Assembly: GCA_048887225.1 (NCBI GenBank)
Contig: JBHLJY010000002.1
Location: 320,001-384,000 of the forward strand
Reading direction: 5' to 3'
Length of the DNA: 64,000 bases
Source: Candidatus Hodarchaeota archaeon
Lineage (GTDB): Archaea > Asgardarchaeota > Lokiarchaeia > Sigyniarchaeales > SOKP01
Part shown: piece after piece, positions 51,001 to 59,231 of the stretch
How positions within the stretch are numbered: the first letter of the stretch is position 1
Layout of the letters: each line of letters starts with the position of its first letter
Position numbers and translations under genes: made by a program
The notes under the pieces: generated by a model
Told to the model about the DNA's origin: nothing
Databases searched by the model: none
The model's input: only the letters and a program-made list of their open reading frames with translations

Positions 51001-51261
51001 CTAATTGAGGGTTTTGCTCGAGATTTCATTAGGAATGTTCAAAATATTCGAAAAAAATTAAATTTATCACGATTTAAAGAAAAAATTATTATAAATGTTA
51101 AAAATGACATTGACCTCAAGAAAGAATTAGGAGATTTTATTGATATTGTGAAAGAAGAAACTGGTTGTGAAAAAATCGGTAAAACCAATAAAGGAACGCC
51201 ATTTTCATTTGAAATACAAAGAAAAAAAATAAATCTTCTGATTGAAGTTATACAATCTTAA
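48076..51261 (+). CDS. ileS: Isoleucine--tRNA ligase, type 2
   Basis: EGPPTANGLPGVHH, GWDTHGLP, WTTTPWTL, DWAISRERFWG, EGMDQTRGWF, KMSKS. Likely ATG start at 48076. Confidence 0.95.
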   Translation: MSLAEEEEKILEYWDSINIIKLIIEAKKPLGRYEFTEGPPTANGLPGVHHVYARSIKDIILRFKFMEGYWVPRKAGWDTHGLPVELEVEKELGLKIKKDILDYGIDKFNDKCRESVFRYITEWEDLTKRMAFWLDMDNPYITCENYFMESIWWSLKNMFDRDLIYKGRKVVPFCPRCETPLSSHEIALGYENIKEESIYITFKLVDPKFEGAKIVAWTTTPWTLLSNVAIAANPDSRYSLVEYKGERLIIASSLIHNILEEGTYKRIREFFGSDLLYEKYEPLFPYFEHLSEENGFIIITGDFVNTDPTSDNISTGFVHIAPAFGEDDFNVGQEFELPFVQPIDEKGYFDDSVLPLAGKYFKIHREDIGKEGVWDTDKWVVDELKKKGKLFATKDYAHDYPFCWRCKRALLYYARESWFIAMSRFRDDLLETNSKVNWVPKSVGVGRFDNFLDNVRDWAISRERFWGTPLPIWVCSNEECDNMLAIGSYNELKNLSKGNIVLKDYHKPMIDNVIIPCPKCKSDMNRTPEVIDVWYDSGAAPFAQYHYPFENKELVENKETYPVAFVAEGMDQTRGWFYTLHAIATVVFGHNAFNNVVVNGIVLDGEGRKMSKSLGNTIDPWTIFNLQGSDALRWLYFVSGPPHKEKRLSIDYVKYAVSQFIDKYWNSYLLFSNNLKNYQIKPDLEFKPQELKDPLDKWAIATINSLAKEVKELLDDYLIFKAAEKIQNFINNHLSNWYLRLARKRFLDKDQNVYNVVYYIFDILNRLIAPFVPFLSERVFLEMQENYEYMKNMKSVHLMDFPVAVDNLIDQNDLQEMEFLINLTQDLRALREQVKIKVRQPIKEYLLYFKDKKQENIIKKFNSLLKSELNVKEFGFINQKKAKSLYTEELILNKGTIGKDFKVNRDDVEKYLKSMNLDDLKQNIIKGKFKVKIKNNEFEIMKEHFQIVQKAKVPFGVKVSNYGTILINTEMNKELLIEGFARDFIRNVQNIRKKLNLSRFKEKIIINVKNDIDLKKELGDFIDIVKEETGCEKIGKTNKGTPFSFEIQRKKINLLIEVIQS

Positions 51262-51271
51262 TTTAAATCAA

Positions 51272-51417
51272 ATGGTTAAAAAAGAATGCTTTTTCATTAC
51301 TACCTAGTGGAGGAAACAAGATGCATTGAGTTTGGAACTGAAAAAAATGGAAAAGAAGTTATTTTTAAGATTCTAGGTATAGAAAATAAACCTTTGTTGA
51401 TCTATTATGACCTATAA
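51272..51417 (+). pseudogene. Degenerate remnant resembling an IleRS C-terminus
   Basis: sORF 51286-51417, MLFHYYLVEETRCIEFGTEKNGKEVIFKILGIENKPLLIYYDL, aligns to the last ~42 aa of the upstream IleRS (12 identities, one gap, by hand). Confidence 0.45.
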
Positions 51418-52372
51418 CTTTTATGAGAAAACTGAGAAAAATCATCTTGATAATTTAGACGTAGATGTTAAAAAAATTTATGAAGAACATCCAATAAATT
51501 TTAAGGTAAATCCAAAACCAAATAAAACCGATTTTAATAAGAGCATATTTAATAAAATTTATCGAAATCAGTTGATTCCATTAAAGATTAGAAAATTTCT
51601 TTGGTATTATTTTAGAAAGAATTCTATTGATAACATTTGGCTTGATGAATTTAATAAGTATTGGACAAATATCTTAAAAGGACTTTCACTTCCAACAATA
51701 TATGATTTATTTTTTATAAAAAACATTTATAGACTTAAATTTCAATATAATTTAGTTCCTGATACTACTGATCCTTATGTACATCTTGAGGCCTGGCAAA
51801 GACCAGAAGTTATTTATCAATTACTTCAGATGGTATGCAAATCAATTTTTCATAACGAATGTCAACTATTAACTCTTTTAAAAAAAAATAATAAAGGATT
51901 TAAATCTTTTCTAGAATTTGGCTGTGCAACAGCACCTATAACAACAACCTTTTTTGAATTTTTTGGGAAACCAAAAAATATAAATATTTATATCTCAGAT
52001 ATCCAGACTCTTGCCTTTCACTACGCTTCTTATAGATATAGAAAATGCTCTAATGTAATACCAAAACTATTGAAACCTGAAAATGATTTTATGCTTGAAA
52101 CGGACGAGAAATTTGATGCAATCTTTTGTATGACTGTATTTGAACATCTAAATAAACCATTGGAAATTATAAAAACTTTTGATAAATGTCTTAACGATCA
52201 AGGATTATTATTTTTTGATTACACAATAACATCTGGAGCTGGGCTTGATACTCTTCATGGATTTAGAGAACGAAATAATGTTTTGGATTATATAATTAAT
52301 AATTTCAAGCTGATATATGGTAAAATATCAAAAGAGAAGGATATGAGTCTAACAATCGTTAAGAAAATATGA
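51407..52372 (+). CDS. Class I SAM methyltransferase
   Basis: LEFGCATA, SDI, FDAIFCMTVFEHL. Confidence 0.8.
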   Translation: MTYNFYEKTEKNHLDNLDVDVKKIYEEHPINFKVNPKPNKTDFNKSIFNKIYRNQLIPLKIRKFLWYYFRKNSIDNIWLDEFNKYWTNILKGLSLPTIYDLFFIKNIYRLKFQYNLVPDTTDPYVHLEAWQRPEVIYQLLQMVCKSIFHNECQLLTLLKKNNKGFKSFLEFGCATAPITTTFFEFFGKPKNINIYISDIQTLAFHYASYRYRKCSNVIPKLLKPENDFMLETDEKFDAIFCMTVFEHLNKPLEIIKTFDKCLNDQGLLFFDYTITSGAGLDTLHGFRERNNVLDYIINNFKLIYGKISKEKDMSLTIVKKI

Positions 52373-52407
52373 CAATATCTAATTTCACATCTATTAACTT
52401 GGTCTTT

Positions 52408-53448
52408 TCAAGTTTCTTTAAGTGTTTTTAACCAATATTCATACATATTTTTTAATATAACTTCAATAGGTTGGGTGATTTCAAATCCTAATTCACTTTT
52501 AATTTTTGCATTATCTCCTAATATCATATCTTCATCGGTTTTTCTAAGTTTTTTAGGAATGTTTTCAATAACTTTTATTTTCTTTGAAGAAAAACTAATT
52601 ATAATATTTAAAATATCTCGAATCTTAGATTTTCTCCCTGAACATACATTATATGTTTCTCCAGGCTTACCTTTCGTAGCTACTAACCATATCGCTTGAA
52701 GTGTATCTTTAATGCCAGTAATATCTCTAAAAGTATCTAAATTTCCTACTTCAATAATAGGTTCTGATATTCCCAATTCGATTTGAGCAATTTTAGAAAC
52801 AAATTCGGAACAAGCATCATTTTGCTTACGTGGTCCTGTTTGATTAAAAAATCGAAGAATAATCCCTTCAATTCCAAAGTTTAAAAAATATTGGCGAGCA
52901 AGAAGTTCAGATGCAATTTTACTAATCCCATAAGGATGAACCGCTAATAAGGGATCATCCTCCTTCAGTGGGCGATTTATCTCATTCGCAGTTGTGCCAA
53001 ATTCAGCACTGGTGCAAGCTAATATAACTCGTGGTTTGAGTTTATATTTCTTGATAGGTTCAAAAATATTTATTGTTCCAATAACGTTTGTTTCAATTGT
53101 ATCAACTGGATCCTTCCAAGAAGGTAATATATAAGGTTGAGCCGCGAAATGAAAAATAAGTTCAGGTTTGACTTCAGCAATAATCCTATCTAATAAATTC
53201 GCATTTTTTATATCACACTCAATAAATATTAAATTTTCATTATTGCTTGGTAATTGAATACGTTCTCCAAAGATTATTAATTTATCTTCATTACTGAAAT
53301 ATTTTCTTCCCCTAGTATAATGTGTTAGATTTTTAAAGGAGGCGGAGGGACGGTCTAAAGCATATATCACGCATTTTTTTTTTAGACAAAAATCGATTAA
53401 GTGAGATCCTAAAAACCCATTTGATCCAGTTATAATTATATTTTTCAA
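52408..53448 (-). CDS. GMD/RMD-like GDP-sugar extended SDR
   Basis: TGSNGFLG, FHFAAQ, PYGISK, R.FNQTGP, VGNLD..RD. Confidence 0.85.
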   Translation of the reverse strand: MKNIIITGSNGFLGSHLIDFCLKKKCVIYALDRPSASFKNLTHYTRGRKYFSNEDKLIIFGERIQLPSNNENLIFIECDIKNANLLDRIIAEVKPELIFHFAAQPYILPSWKDPVDTIETNVIGTINIFEPIKKYKLKPRVILACTSAEFGTTANEINRPLKEDDPLLAVHPYGISKIASELLARQYFLNFGIEGIILRFFNQTGPRKQNDACSEFVSKIAQIELGISEPIIEVGNLDTFRDITGIKDTLQAIWLVATKGKPGETYNVCSGRKSKIRDILNIIISFSSKKIKVIENIPKKLRKTDEDMILGDNAKIKSELGFEITQPIEVILKNMYEYWLKTLKET

Positions 53449-53512
53449 TTTAATTTTCCATAATTTTTGTTTAAATAATTTAGAAGCTTCTGTTTGGGCT
53501 TCGTATATAAAT

Positions 53513-54724
53513 TTATCTCGCTAAAGAAGTTATTACTTTTTTAAATTTAGTATAAATATATTCTAAATCTTCTTCATTTAAATATTGATGACATCCAATA
53601 TAGAATCCCCGATTACCGATATATTCTGCATTTGGCAACTTTCCTTCATATTGATTTTTTAAATAATTAAAAGCTAGCTGATGAGGTATATATCCAAATA
53701 AAGGTCTCGTTTCAACTCCTTCTTTTTCAAGACTATGTGTTAATTTATTAATAGATATTTTTGCATCTTTTAGCACAAGTGGATAAGCTAAATAACTAAC
53801 ATCCTCCGAATATTTTGGTATTTGTAGGATATCTGAAAATTCGTTTAGGTATTCATTTAACATTTTAACATTTTTTTGGCGACTCTTAATTATCTCATCT
53901 ACTTCTTCTAATTGAGCCAAAGCAATAGCTGCTTGAAATTCCATAGTTTTAAAATTATATCCAATTAAATTATGAGTAAATCTTGGATCAAATTCAGCAT
54001 TATTATAAGGACATTTTCCTTGAGCACGAGTACAGATCTCACATACACACATTCTCCCATTAGATTTAATTTGTTTAATTAAATTTATTATCGCTTTATC
54101 ATCAGAAACAACAGCTCCTAGCTGTCCTGCCTGAATATTATGTGCAATATAGAAAGAATATGCCGATAATAATGAAAAAGTTCCGACTTTTTGACCTTTA
54201 AAAATTGTTCCATGAGCCTGCGCTGAATCTTCAAGTATTATAAGGCCATATTCGTTGGCTATTTTTATAATTTTATCCATCTCAACAGGATAACCAATTA
54301 AATGAACTGGTAAGATAATTGAATATTCTTCAGGATTCTTGATTCTTTTTAAATGCTCTTCAACAGCTTGGGGTGTTATACCAAAAGTATGGGGATCGAT
54401 ATCAACGAAAACTGGTGTAAATCTAGTTAAAACTATAGCATTTATGGTTGCTATATAAGTCAAAGGTGTAGTAATTATTTTTAAGTTTTCTTTAAGAGAG
54501 TGTTTATTTTTTATTGCTTCTAATCCTGCTATTAAAGCAGAAGTTCCTGAATTCAATGCTATTGCGTATTTAGTCCCAATAAACTCTGCCATTTTTTTTT
54601 CAAATAAACTTACTTTAGAGAACTCAGAGATTCTTTCGCTTTCTAAAACTTCTAAAAGATATTTTTTAATTTTTTCAGTAGTTTTAAACTCTCCCACGTG
54701 AATTCTTCTTATATTTTTCGACAT
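53513..54724 (-). CDS. DegT/DnrJ-fold PLP enzyme, ColD/E1(RfbH)-type (His in place of Lys)
   Basis: NSGTSAL, EDSAQAHG, SFYIAHNI, GRMCVCEICTRAQGKC, GYNFK. Confidence 0.8.
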   Translation of the reverse strand: MSKNIRRIHVGEFKTTEKIKKYLLEVLESERISEFSKVSLFEKKMAEFIGTKYAIALNSGTSALIAGLEAIKNKHSLKENLKIITTPLTYIATINAIVLTRFTPVFVDIDPHTFGITPQAVEEHLKRIKNPEEYSIILPVHLIGYPVEMDKIIKIANEYGLIILEDSAQAHGTIFKGQKVGTFSLLSAYSFYIAHNIQAGQLGAVVSDDKAIINLIKQIKSNGRMCVCEICTRAQGKCPYNNAEFDPRFTHNLIGYNFKTMEFQAAIALAQLEEVDEIIKSRQKNVKMLNEYLNEFSDILQIPKYSEDVSYLAYPLVLKDAKISINKLTHSLEKEGVETRPLFGYIPHQLAFNYLKNQYEGKLPNAEYIGNRGFYIGCHQYLNEEDLEYIYTKFKKVITSLAR

Positions 54725-54983
54725 TTCCGCAGCTTTATCTTTTTTAATTAGAATAACTAGATATTTAATTAAAATTATTTTGTTTCAAAATAATTTCATT
54801 AGAATTTTAAAAAAATATCTTATCACCAAACATTTCTAATTTTATCCTTTAAATTATCTCAATATTAAACCATATGTTCCAGAGATTAATTAAATTCATA
54901 ATTTTTAATTTAAATATATTTTTAATAATTATTACTAACAACTTGAATCGAATTTTAATAAAAGCCAATAAAAATTTTCAATT

Positions 54984-55700
54984 ATGTATGTTAGTTTTAT
55001 TATTCCAACGTTAAATGAGCATGGTAATATAACCAGATTAATTAAAAGAATTAACTCAATTACTAAGAAAAATAACATCAATAATGAAATAATAATTATT
55101 GATGATAATAGCACAGATGGAACGATAGATGATATTAAAAATTTACAAAAATCTCAAAAAAATCTTAAATTAATAGTTAGAAAAAGAGCGTTAGGAATCG
55201 GAAGTGCACATATAGCAGGTTATAATATAGCTAAAGGTGACCTTATAATCTCGATGGATGCTGATCTCTCTCATCCCCCTGAAAAAATCCCTGAACTTAT
55301 CAAAGCAATCAAAAAAGGCTATGATATTTGTATTGGTTCAAGATATGTTAAAGGAGCAGGATCCGATAAACATATGATTAATCAATTTATTAGTAAATTT
55401 GGAAGTTTTTTTCATTCTTTGATGTTTCGAATAAAAATTCGAGATTTCTCAAATGGTTATCGTGCAATTAAGAAAGATCTATGGGAAGAAATTAATAATT
55501 ATAAATACACTCATAGAAATAATTTTTTAATTGAGAGCTTATATTATGCTTATTTACATGGCGCAAAAATTACAGAAATTCCAGCATTCTTTAAAGAAAG
55601 AGAAATTGGAGAATCAAAAACACCCTTGGTTCAAGAAACTTTAAGAGGTCTAATTTTACCCTTTAAAATGAAACTCAAATCTCGAAAAAAAAAGATATAA
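54984..55700 (+). CDS. DPM1-like GT2 (dolichol-phosphate sugar synthase)
   Basis: IIPTLNE, DDNSTDGT, MDADLSHPP, GSRY, D.SNGYR, F.ER..GESK. Confidence 0.9.
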   Translation: MYVSFIIPTLNEHGNITRLIKRINSITKKNNINNEIIIIDDNSTDGTIDDIKNLQKSQKNLKLIVRKRALGIGSAHIAGYNIAKGDLIISMDADLSHPPEKIPELIKAIKKGYDICIGSRYVKGAGSDKHMINQFISKFGSFFHSLMFRIKIRDFSNGYRAIKKDLWEEINNYKYTHRNNFLIESLYYAYLHGAKITEIPAFFKEREIGESKTPLVQETLRGLILPFKMKLKSRKKKI

Positions 55701-55710
55701 TAGTATAGTT

Positions 55711-56844
55711 TTATTTTAATAATCCTTTTTCTCTTAACTTATCCATTGCTAATTGGGACTTATCTTGAAATTTATCAATTTGAGGCTTAATCCATGTTAT
55801 TAATTCATCAATTCCTTCCTTAAAATTGATTGTTGGATAATACCCTAATTTACTTTTAATTTTTGAAATGTCTGCCAGACAATGCCTTATATCTCCAATT
55901 CGATATTGCTGATTATAGATTGGTTTTAAGTTAGGATTAATTTTTTCTGTTATAATTTCTGCTACTTCTTTTATTGTAATGGGCATTCCCGATCCAACAT
56001 TAAATATTTCACCATTGGCAGCTTCTTTTTCGATTGCGAGGATTAAAGCTTGACAAATATCATTGACATTTACGAAATCTCTTGATTGCAATCCATCTTC
56101 ATATACAATTGCGGGCTTTCCTTGGAATAATCTTGTGCAAAAAATTGCACATACTCCTGTATAAGGATTGGAAAGCGCTTGTCTAGATCCATAAACTAAA
56201 AAAAATCGTAAAATTGTAGTATTTATACCATATGTATCTCCTATTAATAAACAGATTTGTTCTTGTGCTTGTTTAGAATAAGCATAAATAGAACTGGGAT
56301 CCAAAGGCGCAGTCTCGTCTGTTAAAAGGGGATCAACTTTCATGCCACATATGTGGCATTTATTTTCCCAATCTTTATCTTTCAATTGAGTTTTTGTTCT
56401 TAATTTAGGAAAGATAATTCCACATTTGGTACATTTAGATTTTCCTTCTCCATAAACAGTATTCGATGAAGCTATAACAAGCTTTTGGACATTATGCTCG
56501 CTATTAGCAATTATCTCAAGTAAATTAGCTGTACCAAGTATATTATGTTTAATATATTTCTTGATTTGATACATAGACTGTCCAACACCAACCATGGCAG
56601 CCAAATGGAAAATTATTTCATTGTCTTTAACTAATTCTTTCAATGTTTTGATATCTGTTATTGAGCCATGAATGAACAAAGCATCCTTGTTTAGATAATC
56701 TGGTGGTTTATTAGTTTTTCCATGGACCTGCTCTTCTAAAATATCTATTACAGTTACTTGATGTCCCATTTCATTAATCAGTTTATCAACTAAATGGGAT
56801 CCTATAAATCCAGCACCACCTGTAACTAATATTTTTTTAGTCAT
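55711..56844 (-). CDS. NAD-dependent sugar epimerase/dehydratase with CxxC..CxxC insertion
   Basis: TGGAGFIGSH, VGVGQSMY, CTKC/CHIC, YAYSK, NPYTGV. Confidence 0.85.
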   Translation of the reverse strand: MTKKILVTGGAGFIGSHLVDKLINEMGHQVTVIDILEEQVHGKTNKPPDYLNKDALFIHGSITDIKTLKELVKDNEIIFHLAAMVGVGQSMYQIKKYIKHNILGTANLLEIIANSEHNVQKLVIASSNTVYGEGKSKCTKCGIIFPKLRTKTQLKDKDWENKCHICGMKVDPLLTDETAPLDPSSIYAYSKQAQEQICLLIGDTYGINTTILRFFLVYGSRQALSNPYTGVCAIFCTRLFQGKPAIVYEDGLQSRDFVNVNDICQALILAIEKEAANGEIFNVGSGMPITIKEVAEIITEKINPNLKPIYNQQYRIGDIRHCLADISKIKSKLGYYPTINFKEGIDELITWIKPQIDKFQDKSQLAMDKLREKGLLK

Positions 56845-56961
56845 GAACTAATTTATCATTTATAGTTTAATATTAACTCATAATACTCAATTTTTATTAA
56901 AGAATCTTAATAAGTAATAAAATGAATATAATATATCTTTATTAGAAAAATTGGTGGTTAA

Positions 56962-57969
56962 GTGATAATTCGTTCAAAAGCACCGTTTCGGGTTAGTTTT
57001 GGAGGGGGTGGAACTGATATGGAACCATATTGCATTGAACATGGAGGGTGTGTCATAAACACTACGATTGATCGTCATGTGTATATTACTTTAAAACCCA
57101 GGAAAGATAAAAAAATTCGTGTTTATTCTGTAAACTATGAAAAGGAGATGATTTTTAATATTGGAGATAAGGATTATAGTGAAGAATTTGAAATTTTTAA
57201 AGGAATTGTAAATGTGCTTGGTGTTAAAGATGGTTTTGACATCACTGTTTTTTCAGAATTACCATCTGGGTCTGGAATGGGAGGCTCATCATCTTTAAGT
57301 GTCGCTTTAATTGGAGCTTTCAACAAATTTTACAAATTAAATCTTCCTATTCATGAGATTGCGAAGAAAGCTTATAATATTGAACGAATAGAATTAGGAC
57401 AAAAAGGTGGCTATCAAGATCAATTCGCAGCGGCATATGGTGGTTTTAATTTTATTGAATTCACTAATGAAGTAAAAATTACACCAATTCAAACAAGCGT
57501 GGATATAATAAATGAATTACAATATAGGATAATTTTATGTTATGTTGGGGGGTCTCATTTTTCTTCTGATATTCAAAAGAAAGTTCTTAAGGGGTATGAA
57601 ATAGAAAAAAAGTCTTTCTTGGAAGCGATGCAGGATTTAAAAAATGTCGCTTACTCCATGAAGAATATTGTGGAATCTAAGGATATAAATAAACTTAATA
57701 AATTTGGAAAACTTCTCCATAAAGGCTGGTTAGCAAAAAAAAGTCTAAGTTCTAAAATATCTAATAAAAAAATCGAAGATTTTTATTTAACTTCAAGAAA
57801 ATTTGGAGTTCTTGGTGGAAAATTATTAGGCGCTGGAGGTGGAGGACATTTATTGCTTTTTTCTGAACCAAATAAGAAATTTAGAGTAATCCATGAATTA
57901 GAAAAAAAAGGTGGCAAAATAATTAATTTTCACTTTTATCCAAAAGGTCTTGAAGTATGGGAAATATAA
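56962..57969 (+). CDS. hddA: D-glycero-alpha-D-manno-heptose-7-phosphate kinase (GHMP)
   Basis: APFRVSFGGGGTD, PSGSGMGGSS, GYQDQ, KLLGAGGGG. Confidence 0.85.
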   Translation: MIIRSKAPFRVSFGGGGTDMEPYCIEHGGCVINTTIDRHVYITLKPRKDKKIRVYSVNYEKEMIFNIGDKDYSEEFEIFKGIVNVLGVKDGFDITVFSELPSGSGMGGSSSLSVALIGAFNKFYKLNLPIHEIAKKAYNIERIELGQKGGYQDQFAAAYGGFNFIEFTNEVKITPIQTSVDIINELQYRIILCYVGGSHFSSDIQKKVLKGYEIEKKSFLEAMQDLKNVAYSMKNIVESKDINKLNKFGKLLHKGWLAKKSLSSKISNKKIEDFYLTSRKFGVLGGKLLGAGGGGHLLLFSEPNKKFRVIHELEKKGGKIINFHFYPKGLEVWEI

Positions 57970-58015
57970 AATTAAATTCAAAAAATATAATTAAAAAAAA
58001 AATGGTAATATTACT

Positions 58016-58582
58016 ATGGAGAATGAGATAATATCAATATTGAATGAAAGCATTAGAATGAAAGAGAAAATTAAGGATTTAACTCCTCAGATTATTCAGA
58101 TTTCTGAGGAGATCATAAATGCCTATAAGAATAAAAAGAAAGTTGTTCTTTTTGGAAATGGTGGAAGCGCCGCTGATGCTCAGCATATCGCTGCTGAATT
58201 TGTGGGAAAATTTTATAAAGATCGTGAATCCCTTCCTTCTTTAGCATTTAATACAAACACCTCAGTAGTTACAGCTACTGCTAATGACTTTGGGTATGAT
58301 TTAATTTTTGAGAGACAGGTAGCTTCATTTGTTGGAGAAGGCGACGTGGTAATTGGCATTAGTACTTCTGGAAATTCTCCTAATGTATTAAAAGGTATTA
58401 AAAAAGCAAAACAGAAAGGCGCTATTACTGTAGGCTTTACAGGTCAAAAAGAAAATAAACTTGAAAAGATGGTAGATTATTGTTTAAAAATACCCTCTAC
58501 CGATACGCCCCGTATACAGGAAGGTCATATTACTGTGGGGCATATTATTTGCTATTTAGTTGAAAAAGAACTTTTTGGATAG
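58016..58582 (+). CDS. gmhA: Sedoheptulose-7-phosphate isomerase
   Basis: GNGGSAADAQHIAAE, ANDFG, STSGNSPN, RIQEGH. Confidence 0.95.
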   Translation: MENEIISILNESIRMKEKIKDLTPQIIQISEEIINAYKNKKKVVLFGNGGSAADAQHIAAEFVGKFYKDRESLPSLAFNTNTSVVTATANDFGYDLIFERQVASFVGEGDVVIGISTSGNSPNVLKGIKKAKQKGAITVGFTGQKENKLEKMVDYCLKIPSTDTPRIQEGHITVGHIICYLVEKELFG

Positions 58583-58592
58583 TCGAGTTTAT

Positions 58593-59231
58593 ATGAAGAA
58601 AGTTGCAGTTTCTTTACATGCAACGGATAATTTCGACCCTATGACTATTAAAGATTTAAAAGGGCTTGATTATATTCATGTAGATGTAATGGATGGAGAA
58701 TTCGTTGAAAATAAACAAAATAACTTAAATATTTTCAAATTATTGAAAGAGAACTATGATATACCAATAATAAGTCATTTGATGGTAAATAATCCCCTTG
58801 TTTATATTGATAAAGTCATTGATGATATTAATGTCTTTATTTTCCATTATGAGTCAAAAGGGGATAAAGAGGTAATTATAAATAAAATAAAAAAGCATAA
58901 TAAAAAAGTTGGAATTGCTATAAATCCTGATACAAATCTTCCGAAAATATTACCTTACTTAAATAAAATAGATATTATTTTAATAATGTCCGTATATCCT
59001 GGGTGGTCAGGACAAAAATTTATATGGGAAATCCCTGATAAAATTAATTTATTATTAGCTTATAGGCAAAAAAATAAATTAAAATTTAAAATTGACGTCG
59101 ATGGGGGAGTGAATCCTGAAAATGCAAAATTAATAAATGCAGATATTTTAACGAGCGCAAGCGCTATTTTAAATGCGAAAGATCCTAATTCAGTAATTCA
59201 CTTATTAAAGGTTTCCGAGGAATTTGATTAA
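58593..59231 (+). CDS. rpe: Ribulose-phosphate 3-epimerase
   Basis: HVDVMDG, HLMV, MSVYPG.SGQKF, VDGG; ATG at 58593. Confidence 0.9.
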   Translation: MKKVAVSLHATDNFDPMTIKDLKGLDYIHVDVMDGEFVENKQNNLNIFKLLKENYDIPIISHLMVNNPLVYIDKVIDDINVFIFHYESKGDKEVIINKIKKHNKKVGIAINPDTNLPKILPYLNKIDIILIMSVYPGWSGQKFIWEIPDKINLLLAYRQKNKLKFKIDVDGGVNPENAKLINADILTSASAILNAKDPNSVIHLLKVSEEFD

